Source: an uncultured Actinomycetes bacterium (GTDB lineage: Bacteria; Actinomycetota; Thermoleophilia; Solirubrobacterales; Solirubrobacteraceae). From it: a stretch of 64,000 nt of DNA. Numbering within the stretch: position 1 is the stretch's first letter; each line of letters starts with the position of its first letter. This document shows positions 18,634-26,125 of the stretch, piece after piece. A program made the position numbers and the translations under genes. The stretch covers positions 85,534 through 149,533 of the forward strand of contig CAWJUS010000009.1 in assembly GCA_963846075.1 (NCBI GenBank), read 5' to 3'. The notes beneath the pieces were generated by a model. It did not search any database. It was not told where the DNA came from and saw only the letters and a list, made by a program, of their open reading frames with translations.

Positions 18634-20119
18634 GATCACGCCAGAGAACCCGGCCGTCGTGCTGGGCGGCGGTCCGGCAGGACTGACCGCGGGCTACCTA
18701 CTCGCCAAGCGGGGCAAGCCGGTGGTAGTGCTCGAGGCCACCGACCAGGTGGGGGGTCTGGCGCGGACCGAGGTTCGCGACGGATACCGCTTCGATCTGG
18801 GCGGCCACCGGTTCTTCACCAAGGTCAAGGAGGTCGACGACCTCTGGCACGAGATCATGAAGGAGGAGTTCCTCAGGCGCCCCCGGCAGTCGCGCATCTA
18901 CTGGCGACGGAGGTTCCTCGAGTATCCCCTGCAAGGCATGGACGTCGTCCGCAAGCTGGGACCCGTCGAGCTGACGCTGTGCCTGCTCTCCTACCTCTGG
19001 GCGGCGATCAAGCCCAAGGGACGCGAGGACACCTTCGAGGAGTGGGTCTCGAATCGCTTCGGCAGGCGGCTCTACGGCCACTTCTTCAAGTCTTATTCGG
19101 AGAAGGTCTGGGGCGTGCCGGCGACGGAGATCCGCGCTGAGTGGGCGGCCCAGCGAATCAAGAACCTGTCGTTCATCAGCGCGGCCAAGTCGGCCTTCGT
19201 GGGCAACCGCGGCAACAAGATCACCTCCCTGATCTCCGAGTTCAACTACCCCCGCTATGGCCCCGGCCAGATGTGGGAGCAGATGACCGAGGACATCCGC
19301 ACGCACGGAGGGGAGGTTCGGTTGAACGCTCCCGTCACGCGGCTGCGCCTCGACGAGAGCGGAGGCGTGGTGGAGGTGGTGGCGGGAGGCGAGACGTTCA
19401 AGCCCTCGTATGTGATCTCGTCGCTGCCGCTACGCACCACCGTGGGGATCTCGGAGCCCGACGCGCCCGGCGAGGTGCGTGACGCCGCCCGCGGCCTGCG
19501 ATACCGGGACTTCCTGACGGTGTCGCTCGTGATCGACGGCGAGGACCTGTTCCCAGATAACTGGATCTACATCCACGAGCCCGGCGTCAAGGTGGGACGC
19601 ATCCAGAACTTCCGCTCGTGGAGCCCGTGGATGGTGCCCAACGACACCGACGCGTCGATCGGTATGGAGTACTTCTGCTTCGAGGGTGACGAGCTCTGGA
19701 ACATGCGGGACGAGGCGCTCGTCGCGCTCGCGACGCAGGAGCTCCAGCAGCTCGGGCTGGCGAAGGCGGACAAGGTCAAGATGGGCTTCGTCGTGCGTGT
19801 GCACAAGGCCTATCCGATGTATGACGCCGAGTACGCGGAGCGCGTGGAGGCGATCCGCGCCTGGCTGGAGGGGGTCCCCAACCTGGTCCAGGTGGGGCGC
19901 AATGGGCTGCACCGTTACAACAACTCGGACCACTCGATGCTGACCGCCATGCGCGCGGTCGACAACATCCTCCAGGGGACCCACCACGACATCTGGGCGG
20001 TCAACGCCGAGAGCGTCTACCACGAGGAGGACGTGGAACCCGAACAGCCGTACCGCGACGCACCGAAGACGCCGGCCATGGAAGCGCCGCTCGCCTCCGG
20101 CTCACGTGAGCGCCGTTGA
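18626..20119 (+). CDS. FAD/NAD(P)-dependent oxidoreductase (HemY/UDP-galactopyranose-mutase-like superfamily)
   Basis: GGGPAGL, FDLGGHRFFTK, WIYIHEP, GRNGLHRYNNSDHSM. Confidence 0.85.
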   Translation: MPEITPENPAVVLGGGPAGLTAGYLLAKRGKPVVVLEATDQVGGLARTEVRDGYRFDLGGHRFFTKVKEVDDLWHEIMKEEFLRRPRQSRIYWRRRFLEYPLQGMDVVRKLGPVELTLCLLSYLWAAIKPKGREDTFEEWVSNRFGRRLYGHFFKSYSEKVWGVPATEIRAEWAAQRIKNLSFISAAKSAFVGNRGNKITSLISEFNYPRYGPGQMWEQMTEDIRTHGGEVRLNAPVTRLRLDESGGVVEVVAGGETFKPSYVISSLPLRTTVGISEPDAPGEVRDAARGLRYRDFLTVSLVIDGEDLFPDNWIYIHEPGVKVGRIQNFRSWSPWMVPNDTDASIGMEYFCFEGDELWNMRDEALVALATQELQQLGLAKADKVKMGFVVRVHKAYPMYDAEYAERVEAIRAWLEGVPNLVQVGRNGLHRYNNSDHSMLTAMRAVDNILQGTHHDIWAVNAESVYHEEDVEPEQPYRDAPKTPAMEAPLASGSRERR

Positions 20120-20565
20120 GCCGCGCGCCGCGAAGCCTGCTCGTCGCGGTCGCAGCTCTCGCCTGCTGCCTGGCGATGGCAGCGGGGCGCGCGGTTAGCG
20201 CCCGGGCACAGGGGCCGGCAAACCCGTTCTCGGTACCCGGGCAACAGCCCGCCACGCCGACTACCACTTCCGCTCCCACCACCTCGATCGCCACCAATAC
20301 CGGGACCGGCAGTACGTCATCGAGCGGGGGCGGCATCAGCGGTACGGACGGGATCATCATCGCCGTGGGAGCGGTCGTGGTGCTGAGCGGGATCGCGTTC
20401 TTTATATGGACCGACGCCCGCAGGCGGGCGCCGGTCCGTCATCGCGCGGCGGTGGCGGGCGCCGGAGTGGGCGAGCGCTCGCGGAGCGGTTCGAAGCCCA
20501 AGCCGAAGCCCCGGAAGCTGAGTCCAGCCGAGCGCCGGCGGCGCAAGCGCGGGCGGGCGCGCTGA
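20116..20565 (+). CDS. Exported Thr/Ser-rich protein with a C-terminal TM anchor and basic tail
   Basis: Signal peptide, PTTTSAPTTSIATNTGTGSTSSS, TM helix, K/R-rich tail; TTGA overlap with the upstream gene. Confidence 0.75.
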   Translation: MSRAPRSLLVAVAALACCLAMAAGRAVSARAQGPANPFSVPGQQPATPTTTSAPTTSIATNTGTGSTSSSGGGISGTDGIIIAVGAVVVLSGIAFFIWTDARRRAPVRHRAAVAGAGVGERSRSGSKPKPKPRKLSPAERRRRKRGRAR

Positions 20566-20569
20566 GTAC

Positions 20570-21103
20570 CTAGGCCGCCACCGCCCGCAGCGTTCGCCGG
20601 GCGCGCACCAGCTGGCGCTCGACCGTCCGCGCGCTGTCGCCCGTGCGGCTCGCTATCTCCGCGTAGCTCAAGCCCAGGGCTCGCATCCACAGCAGCCGCT
20701 GCTGGCGCCGGGGCAGCGCCCCGAGCGCGGCCAGACGCTCGCGACGCTCCACAACCGCCTCGGGCCCTAGGGCCGGTGCGCCGGACCGTGCTCCCAGTCC
20801 CACCTCGACCGCCCCATCGCCTTCGCGGGCGATCGCGGCGTCGAGCGAGAGGTGGCGGCGCTCGCGCCGCAGCTGTTTGAGCGCTTCGCGGGCCGCGGTA
20901 GTCGCGAGCCAGCTCAACGCGCAGTCCGAGCGGACGCTCTCGCGGTGATCGAGGAGGTGTCCCCACGCCGCCTGGCATGCCTCTTCGACCAGGGCATCCG
21001 AGACGGGCAGGCCCGCGCCCACGATGCGTTCGAGACGCCGCGCGAGAAGTCTGTAGGCGTCGGCGACGTCGTCCAGGGGCCGTTCGTATGTCGCAGCATC
21101 CAT
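20570..21103 (-). CDS. ECF-type sigma-70 factor without an adjacent anti-sigma
   Basis: Region 2 (VEEACQAAW...SWLATTAAREA) and region 4 (LPRRQQRLLWMRALGLSYAEIA...TVERQLVRARRTL); GGAGGAG SD upstream. Confidence 0.85.
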   Translation of the reverse strand: MDAATYERPLDDVADAYRLLARRLERIVGAGLPVSDALVEEACQAAWGHLLDHRESVRSDCALSWLATTAAREALKQLRRERRHLSLDAAIAREGDGAVEVGLGARSGAPALGPEAVVERRERLAALGALPRRQQRLLWMRALGLSYAEIASRTGDSARTVERQLVRARRTLRAVAA

Positions 21104-21112
21104 TCAGGCTCC

Positions 21113-21201
21113 TCCAATTGAGACTAAGTTGATACGAACTAACCTAGCAAGTCCTAGTGAGATTTACTAGGTTGGTTGGGCGTCAATTTGTCTCAATTGG
21201 A
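21113..21201. promoter_or_regulatory. 89-bp AT-rich imperfect palindrome; candidate back-to-back twin promoters
   Basis: TCCAATTGAGAC (21113-24) / GTCTCAATTGGA (21190-201) are perfect inverted repeats; AACTAACCTAG (21137-47) / CTAGGTTGGTT (21167-77). Both directions read CTAGGTT-N16-GTCTCAATTGGA. Confidence 0.75.
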
Positions 21202-21216
21202 ATCAAGGAGTTCGCA

Positions 21217-21525
21217 ATGTCGCCCCTACTCGCAGCCCGGCCTCTACTCGCCGCCGTCAGCGCGCAGCCCAACCCGAGCGGGTTGCCGGGAAGCAACGTG
21301 CTGCAGCAGCTGGTCGACGGCGCCGAGGCATGGGCACTGGCGATCGCGCTTCTGGGCGCCTTTGTGGGCGCCGCGCTGTGGGCGGTTGCGTCGCACTCCC
21401 ACAACCACCACTACGCCGCCCGCGGACGCATGGCGGCGCTCGTGTCGGCAGCCGCGGCGCTTGTCATCGGCGCGGGCCCGGGCCTCGTCAACTTCTTCGA
21501 GCACCTAGGGAGCACCGCCAAGTGA
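21217..21525 (+). CDS. Pilin-like T4SS subunit (VirB2/TrbC-like, DUF6112-type)
   Basis: 102 aa, PNPSGLPG motif then two hydrophobic helices; AAGGAG SD; first gene of the operon. Confidence 0.7.
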   Translation: MSPLLAARPLLAAVSAQPNPSGLPGSNVLQQLVDGAEAWALAIALLGAFVGAALWAVASHSHNHHYAARGRMAALVSAAAALVIGAGPGLVNFFEHLGSTAK

Positions 21526-23162
21526 CGCGCCACGTTCTCGCTCTCACAGCAATGGCGCTGGTCGTATTGGCCGCCTGCGCCGGGATGCGTCCCGCCACGG
21601 CCCACGCCAGCCTGGCCTGTTCGGCGATCAACGACGCCAATGGGCTGGCCGGCAAGGCCTGCCAGCTTCTGGGCTCGTCGAAGAAGATCATCAGCGTCGG
21701 CAAGAAGCTGCTCAGCGGCCATATCGGCAGCGCCGTCAAGACGATCGCCTCCGGTGGGGCCGACGCCTCAACCGCGTCCACCGCTCTCGGTCTGGCGGCG
21801 ATCGTCACCTGGGTGGTCACCGGCGCCAAGTTCTCGCTCACCGAAACGACCAAGTTGCTCGGCAAGACCACCACGCCGCAGCTGCGGACGAGCTGGTTCT
21901 CGGCGGCGTACTGGCGGATCGCAGGGATCGCCGCGGTACTCACCTTGCCGTTCCTCCTCGCCGCAGCCACCCAAGCCCTGCTCCGCTCGGACCTGGCGAT
22001 GCTGGCGCGAGCGGCGCTCGGCTATCTGCCGCTGGCGATGCTCGCCGTCGGGGTCGCCGCGCCCCTCACGATGCTGCTACTGGCGGCGACCGATCAGCTG
22101 TGTACCGCGGTGTCCGCCGCTGGCGAAAGCGGAATCCACCTGGATCTCAATCGCATGTTCGCCGGCGCGATCCTGGAGAAGGCGCCGTTCCTCGTCTTCC
22201 TCATCGGCGTTCTGACAACGTCGGGGGCGCTGGTCCTGTGGCTCGAGCTGGCCGTCCGGGAGGCCGCCGTCTACGTGATCGTGTTGATGCTGCCGGTGGC
22301 GTTCGCGGCGTTCGTATGGCCCTCGCGGCGGATCTGGGCGGTGCGGGCGGTCGAGCTGCTGATCGCGCTGATCCTGTCCAAGTTCGCAATCGTCGCGGTG
22401 CTGACGCTCGGGGGAGCGGCGCTCGCCCGCCTCGGGCACTTCGGCGTCGGTGAAATCAGCGCTGCCCTCGGGGGGACGGTTCTGGTGCTGCTGGCGGTGT
22501 TCTCGCCGTGGGCGGTCTTGCGCCTGCTGCCGATGTCCGAGCTGGCGGGAGCGGCCGTCAGTTCCCTGCGGCCCGGACTCCGCGGCGAGCTGCACCAGGC
22601 CAGGGACATGCAGGCGGGCGGAAAGGAGAAGCTCTCCGAGCTCGCCGAGGCGATCACTGCGCACATGAAGAGACAAGCGGACGACGCCGAGCTGGCGGCC
22701 GAGCGGGGAGGCGACAGAGCCAGCGGCTCCGGAGATGGACCGGACGGCGAAGCAAGGACGGAGCGCGAGGAACGCCTCGGAGCCCTCGCCGCCGGCGGCG
22801 GGGGAGCGCACGCCGGGGGCAACGACACGGCGCCCACCGAGGACGGTCGCGCGCCGGAGAACGGTGCCGCGCCGGTGAACGGTGCCGCGCCGGTCAACGC
22901 CGGCGACGGGACGAGCGCGGATGGCGACGGGGAGCGGGCAGATCGGATTCCCGGCCTGCCGCTGATCTATCAGGCGGACGACCTCTCCTGGCGGCCGTTG
23001 AGGCTCGGGCCGGACGCCGACTGGGACTCGCCGCTCTGGACCCCGGATGGCGAAGGGCAGGGGACCAGGGGCCGTCCGCCGGACGCAGGTCCGGCAGACG
23101 GAGTGGGCGATGACCACGATCCGCTGCCGCCCCGCCAGGAGCCAGACGGGGGCAGCTTGTGA
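21522..23162 (+). CDS. VirB6/TrbL-like polytopic membrane protein with an acidic disordered C-tail
   Basis: GTGA overlap; signal peptide, TTTPQL..SWF, LWLELAVREAAVYV, several TMs; NGAAPV repeats in the tail. Confidence 0.7.
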   Translation: MTRHVLALTAMALVVLAACAGMRPATAHASLACSAINDANGLAGKACQLLGSSKKIISVGKKLLSGHIGSAVKTIASGGADASTASTALGLAAIVTWVVTGAKFSLTETTKLLGKTTTPQLRTSWFSAAYWRIAGIAAVLTLPFLLAAATQALLRSDLAMLARAALGYLPLAMLAVGVAAPLTMLLLAATDQLCTAVSAAGESGIHLDLNRMFAGAILEKAPFLVFLIGVLTTSGALVLWLELAVREAAVYVIVLMLPVAFAAFVWPSRRIWAVRAVELLIALILSKFAIVAVLTLGGAALARLGHFGVGEISAALGGTVLVLLAVFSPWAVLRLLPMSELAGAAVSSLRPGLRGELHQARDMQAGGKEKLSELAEAITAHMKRQADDAELAAERGGDRASGSGDGPDGEARTEREERLGALAAGGGGAHAGGNDTAPTEDGRAPENGAAPVNGAAPVNAGDGTSADGDGERADRIPGLPLIYQADDLSWRPLRLGPDADWDSPLWTPDGEGQGTRGRPPDAGPADGVGDDHDPLPPRQEPDGGSL

Positions 23163-24652
23163 GCGGCGGTCGCCTCACGTACCGGTTCGGCCCTCTCGAG
23201 CGCCGGGGGATCCTGGGCCCGGTGCGCGCCGGTCAGGCCTCGGTTCTCGCGCTGGGCGCGCTGCTGGCCATCGGCTGCCTCGACGCGTCGCCGAGCGGCG
23301 GGGGAGCAGCGCTGGCGCTGGTCCTGTTCGGCTCTTGTGTCGCGCTCGCGGTTCTACCGGTGGGTCAGCGGACGCTCGAGGAGTGGGCACCGGTGGCCGT
23401 GGCCTACGTCGCGCGACGGCTGCTCGGGCGGACCCGCCAGGCCTCCGGGCTGCCGACAAGCGGTCTGCGCGCCCGGCTGGGACGGCGGTCGGTGGAGCTG
23501 GTCAACGGCGCCTCTAGCCCGGCCGCCGCGCTGCGGGGTGTGCGGATCGCCGAGCTGCCGTACCGCGAGCGGAGCGTGGGGGTCGTCTCAGAGCAGTCCG
23601 GGCGCCGGCTGACGGCAGTGCTCGCCTGCCGCGTCCTGGCGTTCTCGCTGCTGGAGCCCGAGGCACAGGAACGTCGGCTGGCGCGGTGGGGACTGGTGCT
23701 CTCGGGAGCGGCCAACACGCCGCTCAGGCGGCTTCAGTGGATCGAACGAACCGCGCCGGCCCAGGGGGACGAGCTCGCACGCTGGCTGCACGCAGAGCGC
23801 GACCCGTCGCTTCCCCCGCGGGGCACGCCGATGATCGAGTCCTATCTGGAGCTGATCGGGACTACGGCGCGGGTCACCCAGCAGCACGAGATCCTGATCG
23901 CCGTTCAGATCGATACGCGGCGGGTCCGTGACCGGGGTGCCAATGCGGCCGACCGCGCACTCGTAGAGCAGACCGAGCGCGTGGCCCAGGCGCTGGAGGC
24001 GGCAGAGGTCACCGTGCTCGGGGCCCTTTCCTCCCGCCATCTGGCCCACGCGCTGCGGACTGCGTTCGACCCCTATGCCCGTACCGAGCTGGCGGCGTTG
24101 GAGGCGGCGGACCCTGCGCGCGAAGGGCTCGGCGAGGCCGGAGCGTGGCCCCTGGGCGCCAGCGAGGGCTGGGATCACTACCGGTCCGACGGCGCGGTGC
24201 ACGCCACCTACTGGATCGGAGGGTGGCCCAGGGTCGACGTCTCGCCGATGTTCATGGATGCGCTGCTGGGCCGCTCCAGCGCCGTGCGGACTGTGGCGGT
24301 GACGTTTGAGCCGGTCCCGCCCGAGCGCTCGACCCGGGACGTCGAGGCGGCGATCACCCGTGACCGCGCCGACCGCGAGCTTCGTCACCGCTTCGGCCAG
24401 CTGGAGACAGCCCGACAGCGCCAGGCCCAGGAGGCGACGCTGCGTCGCGAGTCCGAGCTCGCGGCAGGCCACGGCGAGGTCCGCCTGACCGGCTTCGTGA
24501 CGGTCTCCGGCCGGGACGACGGGGACCTGCGACGAGCGAGCACGGAGGTGTTGGAGCACGCCGCTCGCGCGCGGCTGGAGTTACACCGCATGTATGGGCA
24601 GCAGGCGGAGGCCTTCACGTTCACGCTGCCGCTTTGCCGGGGGCTGCGATGA
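23159..24652 (+). CDS. SCO6880-family (PrgI/VirB3-like plus cytoplasmic domain) T4SS protein
   Basis: TYRFGPLERRG, two TMs, RLQWIERT, HATYWIGGWPR, ELAAGHG, C-terminal QQAEAFTFTLPLCRG. Confidence 0.75.
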   Translation: MSGGRLTYRFGPLERRGILGPVRAGQASVLALGALLAIGCLDASPSGGGAALALVLFGSCVALAVLPVGQRTLEEWAPVAVAYVARRLLGRTRQASGLPTSGLRARLGRRSVELVNGASSPAAALRGVRIAELPYRERSVGVVSEQSGRRLTAVLACRVLAFSLLEPEAQERRLARWGLVLSGAANTPLRRLQWIERTAPAQGDELARWLHAERDPSLPPRGTPMIESYLELIGTTARVTQQHEILIAVQIDTRRVRDRGANAADRALVEQTERVAQALEAAEVTVLGALSSRHLAHALRTAFDPYARTELAALEAADPAREGLGEAGAWPLGASEGWDHYRSDGAVHATYWIGGWPRVDVSPMFMDALLGRSSAVRTVAVTFEPVPPERSTRDVEAAITRDRADRELRHRFGQLETARQRQAQEATLRRESELAAGHGEVRLTGFVTVSGRDDGDLRRASTEVLEHAARARLELHRMYGQQAEAFTFTLPLCRGLR

Positions 24653-24756
24653 AGCTTGTGCGCCGGGGGCCGCGATGAAGCTTGTGCGCCGGGGGCCGCG
24701 ATGAAGCTTGTGCGCCGGGGGCTGCGGTGAAGCTTGTGCGCCGGGGGCTGCGTTGA
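24636..24756 (+). repeat. 26-bp tandem repeat x4.6 encoding four overlapping 9-codon mini-ORFs
   Basis: Unit GCCGGGGGCYGCGRTGAAGCTTGTGC at 24636, 24662, 24688, 24714, partial at 24740; mini-ORFs at 24649-78, 24675-704, 24701-30, 24727-56. Confidence 0.9.
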
Positions 24757-24884
24757 CCTTCGCCACCGCCTTCACCACCTACCTCTGGCACTACCTGGTG
24801 GCACGGTTGATCTACGACCACCTGGCGGTCGTGCTGGTGGCGGTGGTGGTGGCCGGCGTCCTTGTGCGGAGGCGGCGAAGGTGA
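24753..24884 (+). CDS. Unannotated 43-aa single-TM protein in the T4SS-like operon
   Basis: MTFATAFTTYLWHYLVARLIYDHLAVVLVAVVVAGVLVRRRRR*; TTGA overlap upstream, GTGA overlap with virB4, GC-rich third positions. Confidence 0.7.
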   Translation: MTFATAFTTYLWHYLVARLIYDHLAVVLVAVVVAGVLVRRRRR

Positions 24885-26125
24885 GCCTGCGCTCCGCCCC
24901 GCGGCCGGGGATCCGTGCCACGACGCGCCACGCGCAAGCCGTCTACCCGTTCATGGCCGCGGGCGGTCTCGGGGGGCGAGGCGTGTTCATCGGGCGCGAC
25001 TCGAGTGGCGGCGCGTTCTGTTACGACCCCTGGGTCCTCTACGCAGACGGTGTCCTCGACGACCCGAACGTGATCGTGCTCGGGAAGCTGGGACAGGGCA
25101 AGAGCGCGCTGGTCAAGACGCTGCTGTGGCGGATGCTGCTGTTCGGGCGCAGGGCATTCGTGCTCGATGTCAAGCGCGAGTACGGCCCGCTTTGTGAAGC
25201 GGTGGGCGTGCGGCCGATTTCGCTGTCGCCGGGCGCCGGCGTGCGTCTGAACCCGCTGGCCTCGCGGCCCGAGGAGCACGCCCAGCTCGAGCTGCTGCGC
25301 GCGGTGACGGTCACCGCGCTCGGAGACCCACTCACGCAGGTTGAGGCTGCCGCGCTGCGGGAGGCCCTGCACACGGTACGTGCCCGCGCCAGTGGGGACC
25401 CGACCCTGCCCGAGATCGCCGGCGTGCTGTTCTCGCCGACCGCCGAGATGGCCGGCCGCCTCCGGACCTCGCCGGAGCGGCTGGCAGCCGAGGTACGCCG
25501 CGCGGCGCTCGCACTGCAGGACCTCTGCGAGGGACCGCTGCGCGGGCTTTTCGATGGCCCGACAACACCGGGACTCGATCTCCAGGCGCGACTGCTGGTG
25601 CTCGACCTCCACGCCCTGCGCGACTCGCCCGCCGTCGGGATCCTGATGGCCTGCGCCACGGCCTGGATGAGCGCGCTTCTGGCCCGTATGGCCGAGCGCC
25701 CCGGCCGCGAGCGCCTGATCAACGTTGCCGATGAGTCCTGGAAGATCATTCAGCACAACGGGCTCGGCGAATGGTTTCAGTCGAACTTCAAGCTTGCGCG
25801 GCAGTTCGGGGTGATGAACCTCGTCGTCCTGCACAAGCTGGCCGACCTACAGGCCGTAGGAGACGCCGGCTCCCGTGCGGCCCGGATCGCGGAGGGCTTG
25901 ATCGCGGACGCCTCGACCAGGGTCGTCTACCACCAGGACGAGAGCCAGATCTCCCTGACCCGCACGCTACTCGGGCTGTCGGAGTCCGAGGCGCACCTGC
26001 TCTCCACGCTCTCGGCCGGCCAGGCGCTGTGGCGCATCGGCTCGCGCTCTTTCGTCGTTCAGCATTACCGCTCGCGGCTCGAGTCGCGGCTGACCGACAC
26101 GGATACCGGCATGAGGCTGGCTTGA
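24881..26125 (+). CDS. virB4: VirB4-like ATPase
   Basis: RATTRHAQAVYPF, Walker A GKLGQGKS, LDVKREY, LNPL, Walker B VADESW, KLARQFG; start GTG 24881. Confidence 0.85.
   Translation: MSLRSAPRPGIRATTRHAQAVYPFMAAGGLGGRGVFIGRDSSGGAFCYDPWVLYADGVLDDPNVIVLGKLGQGKSALVKTLLWRMLLFGRRAFVLDVKREYGPLCEAVGVRPISLSPGAGVRLNPLASRPEEHAQLELLRAVTVTALGDPLTQVEAAALREALHTVRARASGDPTLPEIAGVLFSPTAEMAGRLRTSPERLAAEVRRAALALQDLCEGPLRGLFDGPTTPGLDLQARLLVLDLHALRDSPAVGILMACATAWMSALLARMAERPGRERLINVADESWKIIQHNGLGEWFQSNFKLARQFGVMNLVVLHKLADLQAVGDAGSRAARIAEGLIADASTRVVYHQDESQISLTRTLLGLSESEAHLLSTLSAGQALWRIGSRSFVVQHYRSRLESRLTDTDTGMRLA

Noticed and set aside
22847-22900. 18-bp repeats inside the VirB6-like gene
   Set aside because: In-frame NGAAPV repeats in a low-complexity tail; ordinary coding repeat.
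24636-24756. Possible CRISPR array (also considered for 14252-14332 and 14874-14936)
   Set aside because: Units are directly adjacent with no unique spacers, and no cas genes are present.
24649-24756. Selenocysteine readthrough of the repeat's TGA codons, given selA
   Set aside because: The TGAs are in different frames (26-bp period), each overlaps a start codon, and the upstream protein ends at its typical C-terminus; no SECIS-like hairpin was recognised.
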